Origin: the human T2T-CHM13v2.0 reference genome, Homo sapiens
NCBI RefSeq assembly: GCF_009914755.1
Contig: NC_060935.1
Strand: one strand, 5' to 3'
Length of the DNA stretch: 64,000 bases
The notes under the pieces were generated by a model. That model searched no databases and was not told the DNA's origin. It was given only the letters and a program-made list of their open reading frames with translations. The position numbers and the translations under genes are program-made. Of this stretch, positions 16,370 through 29,497 are shown piece by piece. Position 1 is the first letter of the stretch, and the number at the start of each line of letters is the position of its first letter.

Positions 16370-16760
16370 AACCAATATTCATTAAGCTTCAACTAGGACT
16401 AGGTGACAGCCGCTGCGCTAGGTGCTGGGACTGTTGTGAGAGATGAGACGGACCTGAGATCTGCCCTCGTGGGGCTTAGAGTCAAGCAGGGAGAACCTAT
16501 TCACAAGAAAATGAACAAATTACATAAACTGATGTGGGCCATGAAACGAACTGCACACTGCAAGCCAGAAGAGTGATGAGGGAACTGGCTGCAGATAGTG
16601 TGGTCAGGAAAGGCCTCCCTTAAGGGGGGATTTGAACCCAGAACCTAGAGGATAAGAAGCTGACAAACCAAGGGAAGAAGGAGGGAGACATTGTTTCCTG
16701 GAGAGGAAACTATGGCTGAGAGGGTTGGAGGTTGGAAAGGCCTGAGAGCTGAAGGAATAC
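16370..16760 (-). mobile_element. L2 3' fragment
   Basis: AATATTCATTAAGC...CTAGGTGCTGGGA...GTGGTCAGGAAAGGCCTCCC. Confidence 0.65.
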
Positions 16761-17339
16761 TAGAGGAACAGAGCTACCAGAGCTGGTGGGGAATGGGAGT
16801 GGCACTTCCTAAGAAACGAGATCCTGTTTCTCCTATTGCCCCCTCGAGTATTTCAGGAACCCATTCAAAAATGCTCTTAGAAAGCACTTACCTACATGTT
16901 TAACAATTTAGAAATTGATAGGTTATTAAAGCAAATTGGGAGTTTCAACAGAGCATAGCAGTTTAGGAGGGACATTTCAGATTTGGTAGCCTAAACTGGT
17001 AACTGGAACTGCACTAATTCTTTTTAAAATGCCCATCACCACCCTTCAGTATAGAAGACTGCTACACCTCAGATCCCTCTGTGTTAGGAATCATCTGGAC
17101 ACTCAGCAGCTAGGGGCACCTTTAACATAGAACAGGTTTTCTCTTTCATGATGAATTGTTATACAGCCGTAGTCTCTGACATTTTCCCTTGCTTCATTTT
17201 CTTTAGTGGTTTTGAAAACAATAATCGTAAGTTCCTGACAATTTAAAAAATTGTTTGCAGGCTAAATGAAGATGTTTTTGGAGCACTGACAACACTGTCA
17301 ACTTCATTGTTTGGCTCAAATCAAGCTTGTTATTTAGCT

Positions 17340-17354
17340 AGGTCAGTTTGACCT
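17340..17354. promoter_or_regulatory. Perfect consensus estrogen response element AGGTCAgttTGACCT
   Basis: Exact 15-bp palindromic IR3; forkhead-type TGTTTGC at 17252-17258. The motif is certain but its function is untested. Confidence 0.55.
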
Positions 17355-17899
17355 GCAATGGCTTTTTTTTGCAGATTACAATCGCACACCCTCTCTCCCT
17401 CCCACCTCTACCTCTGAAGAAGGGTACACTCGCAAACCACAGAAACTGAACAACACTGCCCGAAAGTTCTATGCCCTTTCCCTGTCACCCCTACCCTGTC
17501 CCAGGCAACGTTCCTGCCATGGTGATGAGCAGCCTGCTCTGTTTCTGCCCTCAAAAAAGAACTGTGGTGTCCAGCATTTATACAGTAAGGAATACTCAGG
17601 GCTGGTGGGTGGGCTTCTCTTACAGATAGCCCCTTCCATCCATTCCTCTCTGAGACCCTCTTCACCTCCTCTGTTTAATGCAGTTAACAGCAACCACTCA
17701 CACTGACTCAGATTCATCTCATTGACTTTAACAACAAAATAATAGACCCTTTGAGAAGAAAGAACTCCTTGCCACCATCCTTCATGGGACTTTAAAACAT
17801 GATATTAGTAATGATAATGAAAGCAGTAACCTCCTCCATCACTGACTGTAAGGTACTTCTTAATGCCTGACACATACTAAATGGGCAATACGTATTAAA

Positions 17900-18130
17900 T
17901 ATTAGCTAGCATTATCATCATCATTATCAGATATTAAGCACACACTAAGTCCCAGGCCACTATGCCAAATCCTCTCCATACATAATCTCACCGAATCATT
18001 GCAAGAACCCCACAGATAAGCAGATATCTTACAACCATTTTACAGATGAGGAAATGAAGATTTCATGAGCACAAGTGCCCACATTCACACAACTGATACA
18101 TTTTGAAGCTGGGATTCAAATCCAACCTTC
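17900..18130 (-). mobile_element. MIR
   Basis: CCATTTTACAGATGAGGAAATGAAG...GCTGGGATTCAAATCCA. Confidence 0.8.
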
Positions 18131-19249
18131 ATAGCCTGTGGATCTAACCTCTAAGTTGACTGTATTTTTCTTCAAGTAGGAATGATTTAGAAATAGTCCT
18201 CGTAAAAGTCTGGGATATCATCAAGCTGAATGAATCTTTTAGACTTGAAAATTCTATAATAGACTTAGATAGCTTATTAAATATGAAATGCATGTCAGTG
18301 GGGTAGGGGGAGGAATAGAAGAAAGGAAGAAGAGAAGAGACATTTGTCGAGTATATATTTGTACGTCTGTATTTATTGAGTATATATTTATCATTTACAT
18401 ATATTATATATGTGTATATATGTGCATATAACATCTTCAGGACTGTCTTTTTTATTATTTCATTTTTTTAAGAGGTTAACTTGCACAAGGTCACCCAGTT
18501 AGTTGGTGTTCAATTCAGAATTCAAACCCAGGTTGTTCTGGTCTCAGAGTCCAGCCTCCTAACTCCATTTGTGCTCCAATTTCGTAACCCTACTGCACTG
18601 CAGGTGCTTTAGTAACAATTTCATGCTTTCTACTAAGATACTAAAATGGCTTATCAAAGAAGGTCAGGAAGGTAGCTTCCTTAGAGAATAGTGAGGGAAA
18701 CCACTAGACAGCTGCATTTAGGGGATGGATTTTCAGTGCAGAGCTGCCCAGAGATGTGAAGATGGATGAGCTGACCTCTTAGGTCCTTCCCAGTACTCAG
18801 AGCTCCAGGATTTATTTGCCAATGAAAGTGTCAGGCTTTTTCTTCCATAAAATGATGTATGATGGTCTGAATACATTCTCCACTTCTACCACCACCTCCT
18901 TATATCTGATTAAAAAGCAAAGATTAAATCAGCAGAATAATTTCCACAGGAGTGATGGGGTTTCCCTGAGACGAGGTAACAGGGGGAGTTGAGGGCGTGA
19001 AAAGGGATACATGGTAGTCGGAACAGGATGAGGTGATCAGGTATAAAGTGGTGGATGGGACAAAGGACAGATGCAATTGAGTGATGAGGGCCATTATATT
19101 GTATTAATCAACAGGCATGACACGTAAACCAGGTCTCTACTTTTAAAAGCAATCTGCTCTAATTAAACAAAACTAATGCCTATGAAACAATTTGAGAACC
19201 ATGCATTTTTAGCCAGGGTATAGGAGGTCAGCCTTGAATCAGAACTCGT

Positions 19250-19810
19250 CCAAGCAATATTCATTGAGCTCTTACTCAGTACCAGACACTGCTGTGGTAC
19301 GGGGGATACAGAAATGAGCAGAACAGATTTAAATCGCTACTCTACTGGGGCAGGCGGAAAATATACAAGGTAAGTAAAACATGCAGTATTCAAGTCAGTA
19401 TCAAGTGCTGGGTAGAAAACAAGGCAGAGAAATGCAGAGGAAATGTCAGGGGAGCGAGCAGGAAGTGGTAAGATTTGATAGGCGGTCAGGGATGCCTCAT
19501 GGGGACGGAGACACCTGCGCAAAAGAGCTAAGGGTGGAAGAGAGTGAGGGATCTTGTCATCTGGTGGAGAAGAATTCCAGGCAAGGGAACACAGTGCAAG
19601 CTCCTGAGGTGGGCGTGAGCGCAGTACCCTAAGAAAGGGTGAGGACGCTGATATAGTTGAGTAGAGGATGGAGTCAGAGTTCACAGAGGCCAGATCACAC
19701 AGAGAACTGACAGGATTTGAAAGGATTTTGGCTTTCACGTGGAATGAGATAGGAGCAGGCTACTGAGCAGAGGAGGGACGTGATGGACTTACACTGCAAC
19801 AGCATTGCTC
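19250..19810 (-). mobile_element. L2 3' end
   Basis: CAAGCAATATTCATTGAGCTC...AAAGGATTTTGGCTTTCAC. Confidence 0.75.
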
Positions 19811-20277
19811 TGGTGCAGGCTCAGGGGATGCGGCATGGGAAAGAGGCTGGATACTGGGAAAGTGAAGGCAGGCAGACCATTGCCACTGTTAGGATTAGAC
19901 AGAATACCAAGTTCCCTGCTCCCTCCATTTTCACCCAGCCTGCAGGATCCTCCCGTCTTTCCTCTCCCCTCTAACCAGGCCAACTCTAGAGTAGATCACC
20001 GTTTCCTTGGCTGGCGTCTCCTCTCCCATTCTGCCTGGTGCTCACACCAAGCCTTCACTCTTCTTCTTAAGTCACTCTGTCAGCACATGGCCTAGCCTAT
20101 TTCATCATGAAAACCGAGGCCACCAGCATGAACTTCTTCTGCTTCCTCCCTCACCTCCTGCCTCCATAAGAAAAACAGCATCAACAACCAAGCAACCTCT
20201 ATCACACCTGTAACCACCCTTCCCTCTTCTTCAGTCTCAGGGAAGAAGATACCACCTCCCACCAGCCCATTCTCTGT

Positions 20278-21436
20278 CACACACACACACACACCACACA
20301 CCACCCCCCCACACACACCATACACACCACACACACCACACACACACCACCCACACACACCACACACACACCCGACACCACACACACACCACACATACAC
20401 CACACACACCACACACACACCCCACACACACCATACACACCACACACACACACCACACACGCCACACACGCCACACACACACCACACACACCACACACAC
20501 ACACCACACACACCACACCCCACACACACACATCACCCCCACACACCACACACCAAACACCCACACACACCATCCACACACACCCCATATACACACCACA
20601 CACACCACACACACTACACACACTACACACACCACACACACCACACACATACACACACACCACACACCACACTACACACACACATCCCCCCCACACCACA
20701 CCCCCACACACACACCACACACACACCACACACACCACACACACACACCCACACACACCACACACACCACACACACACCACACACACCACACACACACCA
20801 CACACACACCACACACCACACACGCTGCACACGCCACACCCACACCCACACACACCACTCACACCACACACCACACACACACCCACACACACACCACACA
20901 CACCACACATACCACACACACCACACACACACCACACACACACCCACACACACCACACACGCTGCACACGCCACACACACGCCACACCCACACCCACACA
21001 CACCACCCACACCGCACACACCACACACACTACACACACACCCACACACCACACACCACACACACCACCCACACACACCACACACCACACACACCACACA
21101 CCACACACCACCCACACACACCACACACACACCACACACACACCGCACACACCACACACACACACACCGACACACACATCACCCACACACACCACACACC
21201 CACCCACACACACCATCCACACACACCGCATATACACACCACACACACCACACACACCATACACTACACACGCCATACACACCACACACATACACACACA
21301 CCACACACACCACACACACACACACCCCACACACACACATCCCCCCCACACACACCACATCCCCCCCACACACACACCACACACACACACCCATACACAC
21401 CACACACACCCACACCACACACACCCACACACACCA

Positions 21437-21467
<31 letters not shown>

Positions 21468-21470
21468 CAC
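20278..21470 (+). repeat. 1.2-kb degenerate (CA)n/(CACAC)n/(CACCA)n low-complexity array
   Basis: Almost pure C/A strand ending in a clean (CA)n run; source of the many spurious Val/Cys/Trp ORFs. Confidence 0.97.
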
Positions 21471-21539
21471 TCTTCTCCCCACCCTCATATCAGCTTTCAT
21501 TCATTATCTCCCTTCCCCTTTGGGACCTTGCTCCATGCA

Positions 21540-22590
21540 CAGTTTCCTTTCTTCTATAAATTAACTCTCTTGCCTTTCAGTAGCTCACTGCCCTCAGCCT
21601 ATAAATACATCAAAACTCACCTATCGAGGAGCAAGGCTCTCTTGACCTCTCCTTTACTTCTCAGCCAAGCGTCTTGAAAATAACACCTATTTTGTAATGA
21701 TAAATACTTGGAGTCTTTACTTCCTCACTTCTAAACTCACTGCTGCCTGGCTTCTGACCTTACCACTCAACTCAAACTGCTTTCAAAAGCATCACCTCCA
21801 AATTGTCAAAGACACTGGACACTCCCAGTGTTATTCTAACTGGGCTTTTCATTTGAGACTGTTTCTTATCCAGACCTTTCCAAATTCTCTGCTTCTTTGA
21901 CATCTCTTATGATTCTCCTCCTATTTCTCTGATCATTGCTTTTTGTTCTGTTTTACAGGGACTTTCTCCTCTGCCAACTTTTAAATGTTTGCATTCCCCT
22001 AAGGGTTTTCTTCTGGTCTATTGATTTATTTTTTTGTTATCTCACACAGTCATTATTTTAATGCTCACCTCCCTATGCTGATGGCTCCCAAATGTAAATC
22101 TCCAAGACTGACATTGCTGCTGGACTTTAGACTCTTACCCAACTGTAGTCTGCTAGACATCTCCCTGGAGATCCACACATGGAAATCAACATGGCAAAAC
22201 TAGATGGGTCATTGCCTCACATCTCCCTATTTGGATCCTTTTTGTTTGTTTGTTTTCTGTCTATGAAACTGGCATTTTAATCCACTTAATTACCAAAGTC
22301 AGAAAACCGAGGCTTATCCCAGATTAGTCTTCCTTATTCGCAACAGCACAACTGGTGGCTCGTTCATCTTCTCTATGTAGGATCCTAACCATATGCTTGA
22401 TCAGCCCTCTTCTCTGTGTTTGTTCCCTGCCATGGCTCAGGCCTCAACCTCCCTGGTGCACATGATGCAGTCACTTCTAGATTGGTCTCCTTGCCTTTGG
22501 TCTTATTGCTACCCCACAGCCTACCCTCATGTCCAGTGTTGCCAAGGAAAGTAACCTAGAACACAATTCTGAGTGGGTTACCTGCCAGCT
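21540..22590 (+). mobile_element. L2 fragments
   Basis: Pyrimidine-rich L2 ORF2/3' type sequence such as CTCCCAAATGTAAATCTCCAAG and CTGCTAGACATCTCC. Confidence 0.6.
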
Positions 22591-22605
22591 TAAAACCCAG
22601 TTCAG

Positions 22606-23039
<434 letters not shown>

Positions 23040-23754
23040 CTAGGAGGTTCATGACATCGCACTTCTCTTCCCTGCTGGAGATCTGAATCAATTAAGTAAC
23101 ATGACAAGGCGACCTCACATGAAAGATCAACATACCCACTTTATTACTGATGAAGTCAATACTGCAGAAAACATCTTTCTGCACACAAGGGCACTTCCTC
23201 ACTGTGAACTCCAGAACAAGATAAGCACATGTTCCCTGTCAGCAGCCCATTCCCATCAACAAGAGGAGAGCGGAATCAGGCACACTTAGGTTATTCTTGG
23301 ATTTACTAATCAGAATTCACTCTCCTCTCGCCACTGTGAGCAGAAGTAAAGAGAGAGAGGGAAGGAGTTGAAAGGGGAGCTCCCTCCGTGTGAAAATGCG
23401 CCACGACAGTGGGGAAGGAGTGTCCGGGGAACACCCTTCACGCTGCCTCACATCTGTGAGACTTTCTCATGTTGTTTTCACGCCCTGGAGTAGCCTTCCT
23501 CCATTTCTTCACCTGCCTAACTCATCTTCCGTGCCTCAGTCTGATTTGACCTCCTTCAGAAACTCTCCTTAACTTCCCAGGATGGGACCCTTCTCTGTGC
23601 TCACAAGTCCGTATCAGAGCATTTACCTTAGTGTAGCTAACATCTACTAATTTCTGTATTTTCCTTAAGGGGAAGCATCATGTCATTCACTCTTGTATTC
23701 CCAGTACCCAACATAATGACTGGCATAGACCAGGTTCTTAAAAAATTCTCAATG

Positions 23755-24060
23755 GGCCGGGAGCTGGGAGCATTACAGCTCACCCCTGTAATCTCAGCAT
23801 GTTGGGAGGCCAAGGTGGGAGGATTGCTTGAGCCCAGAACTTTTTAAGGTAACAAAGCCTGGGAAACAAAGTGAGACCCTGTCTCTACCAAAAAAAAAAA
23901 AAAATTAGCTAGGGATGGTGGTGCATGCCTGTTGTCATAGCTACTCAGAAGGCTGAGGCAGGAGGATCATTTGAGCCCAGGAGGTGGAGGCTGCAGCGAG
24001 CTATGATTGTGCCACAGCACTGCAGCTTGGATGACAAAATAAGGCCTTGTGTTTCAAAGA
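23755..24060 (+). mobile_element. AluJ
   Basis: Diverged Alu with GGATTGCTTGAGCCCAG. Confidence 0.85.
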
Positions 24061-24469
24061 ATGGAGCAGAGGTCTTCCAGGCTTATCTCTCCATTTGACA
24101 GATGCTCTTTAAAGGCTGCCTTTAATTGGAGTCAAGCAGATTTGGTTTTTAATTCTAGATCTACTACTTATGAACTGTGGGACCTTGCTTAAGTTACTTT
24201 GTGCTTTCTGAATCCCAGTTTTGTAATCTATAAAATGAGGATAATACAGCCTTCCTTAGGTGATTGTTATGATAATGAAATGAGATATAGTAAATGAATT
24301 ACCTGGCTCACTTGTGATTTATTTATACACTGAATAAATCATAGCGATTATGATTTTATTGCTGTTCTTATTAGTAAATTATATTTCATTTGAGAAAAAA
24401 GTTAGGTGAAAGAATACAGCAATAAATAATGATACAATTCCTATCCTCAAGGAACTTAGAGTCAAGAGA

Positions 24470-25063
24470 AAGAACGTGCAAAATAATTTATGCTTACGTA
24501 TAAGTGAAATGAATGACAACAATCATACAAGAGATGGGAAGGAGGAATTAGAAATTTTTTTATCATAAGATACTTGCACTACCCATGAAGTAGTATAATG
24601 TTATTTTCAAGTGGACCTAGGTATGGCAATGACTTTTTGGATATAGCACCAAAGGCATGATCCATGAAATAAACAGTTGATAATCTGACTCCATTAAAAT
24701 GTAAAAACTTCTGCTCTGTGAAAGACAATATCAAGAGAATGAGAAGGCAAGCCACAGACTGGGAGAAAAATGTTTGCAAACGACACATTTGATAAAGGAC
24801 TCATCCAAATATACAAAGAACTCTTAAAATTCAACAACTAGAAGATGATCAATTCAATTAAAAAATAAGCAAAAGACCTGAACGGACACATCACTAAAGG
24901 ACATATAGAGATGACAAGTAAGCATATGAAAAGATGTTCAATATCAGCTGGGCTCAGTGGCTTATGCCTGTAATCTCAGCGCTTTGGGATTCTGAGGTGG
25001 GAGGATAGCTTGAGGCCAGGGGTTTGAGACCTGCCTAGGCAACAGAGCGAGACTTCATCTCTA

Positions 25064-25104
<41 letters not shown>

Positions 25105-26150
25105 TGTGTTGGCACATGCCTGTAGTCCTAGCTACTTGAGAGGCTAAGTTGAGTGGATTGCTTGAGCCCAGGAGGTCGAGGCTGAGCCCTGTCTTAAAAA
25201 AAAAAAAAAAAAGAAAGAAAAAGAAAAGATGTTGAACATCATATATTATTAGAGAATTGCAAATTAAAACAATGAGTTACCACTACACGCCTATCAGAAC
25301 GGTCAAAATCCAAAACAGTGATAATATCTGATGCTAATGAGGTTGTGGAGCACCTGGAACTCTCATTCATTGGTGGTGGGAATGCAAAATGGTACAGCTG
25401 CTTTACAAGACAGTTTGGCAGTTTCTTACAAAACTGAACATAGTCTTACCATGTAATCCAGCAAACACATTCCTTGGTTATTTGCCTAAATGAATTGAAA
25501 ACTTAATGTCCACATGAAAACCTGCACACAGATGTTTATAGCAGCTTTATTCAGAATTGCCAAAACTTAGAAGCAACCAAAATGTCCTTTGGTTGGTGAG
25601 TGGATAAATACACTGTGCTACATCTAGACAATAGGCTGTTGTTTTTCCGTGCTAAAAAGAAATGAGCCATGAAAAGACATGGAGGAAACATAAACACATA
25701 TTACTAAGTGAAAGAAGCCAGCCTGAAAAGTTACATACTGTATAATTCCAACTAGATGGCATTCTGGAAAAAACAAAACTATGGCGACAGTGAATTATCA
25801 GGGGTTGGGGCAGGGAAAGGTGAATAGGCACAGCACAGAGGATTTTGAGGCTGGTGAAACTATTCTGTACCATACTATAATGGTGGCTACATGTCATTAT
25901 ACATTTGTCAAAACCCATGGAATATACAATACCAAGAGTGAGCCGTAATATAAGCCATGAACTCTGGGTGATAATGATGTGGCAATGTAGGTTCAGTGAT
26001 TGTAACAAATGCACCACTGTGGAATGGGATGTGGATAGTGGGGGAGGTTGAACATATGTGGGGGCAGCAGGCACATGGATACTCTCTGTACTTTCTGCTC
26101 AGTTTCGCTGTGAACCTAAAGCAGCTCCAAAAAATAAGGTTTATTAATTT
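24470..26150 (+). mobile_element. L1M (MB/MC-type) 3' end with an AluJ inserted at about 24946-25226
   Basis: AAAAACTTCTGCTCTGTGAAAGACA, GGGAATGCAAAATGGTACAGC and CATTTGTCAAAACCCAT L1 3' motifs. Confidence 0.85.
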
Positions 26151-28478
26151 TTTGTTTTTAAAAAAAGATAAGCAGCCTGCCTTGGATTTCCTCTCTTTCA
26201 CCTTCCCACAAGCTGAAACAGACATGCTCTCAGGTCACATTGGACCATGCTCAGCCGCCAGCCTGGACAATTCACGTTGGGAGTGTGTGTAAGAAAGACA
26301 GGGGCTACGCTTTTTGTTATAGCAGCTTAGCCTTTACCTTAAGCTAGAATAAATGAGTGAATGGATGCATTTGTACTACACTCTAGCTCAAAAGGGCATT
26401 TAAGGTAGATTACAATCGTTTGTGAGGCAGATCACAATATAAAACTGCATTAAGAAGAAACAAGTGAATAAAACATTATATACCAGGAACCGGGTAGTAT
26501 GCAAAAGCATCTGAGACTAGATAGTTACCGAATTTAAACAATGAGTTTAATTCTGAAATGCCTGGAAATTAAGGCGAAAAGAGAACAACCACTGCCCCCA
26601 CTCCCGCCGCCCACCCTCCCTTACTTCCCCTTGGTACCTAGTGTCTCAGGTACATTGCAACTCTGCCAGCCCCTCTGAAATTCCAATTTCTGACTGCTGC
26701 TTCCTGGAGAGGAGAGGAGGCAATGAGGTCAGCACTTCAGAGAATAAGAGTTGAAGCCTATAAAGCTGTGAGGAAATTCTGTTAATTATCGAATTGTAAC
26801 TTTTCAGTAGAGGAAGTCACTTGATCTTTTCAGCCGACTCTGGGAAAAGCAACACATCTATTTAATGCTGACCTTAGATCACCTCTTCATTCAGTACAAT
26901 CGTTCCTCACCTCCCCAAAGAGACTTGCTTGCTTGGGAAAAATCAGCCTCTAGATTGCTGGGAGCTTTGTGAGTTTTTCTTCCCTCTCTGCAACCTGGTT
27001 CTTCAAGTTAAAATAAAAATCACAGCCCTGGGAGGAAAGGAGGGCACATAAATAAGGTGGCTGAAGCTGATGAAAGGGACTCTGTAAATAAGGGGACATT
27101 TTATTTGCCAAGTTGCCATAATAAAACACAGGTTTCCGAGTGTTTATCTGTTAACAATTTTAATAAAAAATGTTTCTAATACATGCACATATATAACATT
27201 TTTAGAAAATACATAGAAAAACAAGAAAGATAAACTGATTACCATCCCATGAAAACCACTATTCATATTTCAGGGTTCAGCCTTTCTCTGGGTCTCCCCA
27301 CCTCTGACAGTCTCTCCATCCCTCACTATCTCTCCCTACCTCTTTCTCTGTCTTGCTCCCTCTCTCGTGCAGAACTGGAATCACAAAGTACATAATGTTC
27401 TGAACTTGATTTTTTTTCTTCGTTATTTGGAAGAAATATTTTTTCATTTTTAAACACACACAGCCATGAGAGGATGATGCGGCTCAAAGCTCTTAATTCA
27501 GGAGTGTGTTTATGTGTAGCCCAAATACTTATTGAGTGCCTACTGGGTACTAAGCTCTATGCTGGGCCTTCATGTGGTGAGAAAGACCTGGTCTGACGGA
27601 GCTTACAGTCCAAGGGGAGGATGGCTGCTAAATGATACCCAGCAGAGAAACTGCTTCTGCAAAGTGCCTGCCTGGATACTTTGCTGGATGGTGTTGGCCC
27701 AGAGCCAGCAGCTTTAGGGCTGCCTGCGGAAGGTCCCCACAACTGAGGTTTATTATTATTATTTAGTTTGCTGGTGAGACACACACAGAGTCTGCACAGC
27801 ATCTGGCTGCGGGGTGGATTATGGTTAGCCAAGGGTTCCTTTTTATGGATGACTGCGGTAGTGAAGTTGCAGACTTACCTCCAGCCTCCTCAATTTCTGA
27901 TGGGAGGCCTGAGTCTGACAAATAGTCCCGTGTCCTCAGTCCCCATCACTCTAGCCCCGTTGGAAGCTGGCCATTGCTTCTAGGCACCAGCCCGAAAGAG
28001 AGGAAGACTAATACTTTTCAGGCTGCCCAGCCATAGCCTGTAGAACAGGGGCCAGGGGAGGGCACAAGAGAGAATTCTAACCACCAGCCCACTGATGTCC
28101 ACCTCTGATGGCCAGTGGAGATGAGTGAGCATCCAGGGCTGCAGGACCTTCTTGTGTGTGTGCTTGGCCCCACTACCCCTTTCTTCTTTGTAAGGGGCTC
28201 AACACAGCACCATACACAACTTCAAAACTTGATAGGGTAATTTTTATCTTAAAAGAAATCCTGAGAAGTAAAGGTTCTGAGCTTTGTAGAGAAAGTAAAT
28301 AAAGTGTAACATTCTGACCCTCAGAGCTAAAGGGGTTGTTACAGAGCTATACCAGGAGCTAGCCTTTAATAAAACCTCCCTTGAAATTGTGTTAGATGTA
28401 CTAAGTCCCGCTTTCATCTAATGCTTCCTCTTTGGGGTATTAGCCAGGTTGAGGATAAGCAACAGATGCCCACAGGCT

Positions 28479-29497
28479 TCCCATAAAGAATGTCAGTCAT
28501 TGGACCTGAGTTGCACTGCTGACTATTCTCAGGCTTGTGGTCCACCACAGCACCTGATTCTTTTCACCTAAGTATGCAGCCAGCTCTTTTCCTGCATTTG
28601 TGCAATTGAGTTACTCTACTTGCATCTGTCCCAACTGAACAGCATATGATGGTTTCTGACTTACCACTTCTCCAATATAATGGACCAATTGAACCACAAA
28701 GAATGCCCAAATGGCAGCTGCCCTAGATTAATGGGTGTGTGTGGGTATTCTCCCTAAAAATAATGAGAGCTCATGTCTGTGGGGGCTCTGCAGTGAGAGC
28801 AATAATTTCAAAGCTGGATATCAGCAGAAAAACTAATGAGACCATTTAAAGTGTGTGTTAATGTGGTATGTGTGTAAAATTAACAACCCTTTGATAGCTA
28901 AGCCACAAACACCCTCCTGAGGTCAATCTGGAAGTCACGGCGAAGACTGGCTCTGTGGGGCAGTGTGCCAGATGTGAGTAGGAAGGCCCTGGAGCCCGGA
29001 GATGACCCAGCTGCATCTTAAAAATTAATATTGTGTTAAATTAGCTCCCATGTAAATGCCATTTTGTAACAGCTGCCTGGCCTATTCGTGGGAGCAACAG
29101 CAGTCGGGAGCACACGGGGTCCCACTTCGAGACCATCTTCCTCCTTTTGATTAATCAGTACCAAACACTAATAGCAAAACTACCACCTAAATAACACCTG
29201 TAGCTACCACTTATTGAGTGCTTAGTGTGTGTCACACTCTGCACTAAACGCTTTGCACACGTGGCTTGTCTAATTCTTCCAACATCACTGTTGAGTACTG
29301 CTGGCGTCCTATTGAACAGATGTAGAAACTGAGGCTCTGAATATGACATGCCCAGGCTCACAGGCAAGTGGGTGAGCTGGGATTTATTACCTGGGTCTGA
29401 CTGACTCAAACAGGTCCCATAAAGCATGTCAGTCATTGGAACTGGGTTGCACTGCTGAGTATTCTCAGGCTTGTGGTCCACCACAGCACCTGATTCT
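28479..29497 (+). repeat. 83-bp direct duplication, copies at 28479-28561 and 29415-29497
   Basis: 79 of 83 positions identical by manual alignment; copies 936 bp apart. Confidence 0.95.
29200..29412 (-). mobile_element. MIR
   Basis: CTTATTGAGTGCTTA...ACAGATGTAGAAACTGAGGCTC...GGTCTGACTGACTC. Confidence 0.8.

Noticed and set aside
20278-21470. Resemblance to yeast C1-3A telomere repeat (cloning artefact or interstitial telomere)
   Set aside because: The array is internal, has long CA runs with scattered T and G interruptions and C runs up to 7, and has no TTAGGG. It fits an ordinary mammalian CA-rich array.
20092-21500. Long Val/Cys/Trp/Gly ORFs up to 281 aa
   Set aside because: These are translations of the TG-rich strand of the simple repeat, which rarely contains stops; open in all frames.
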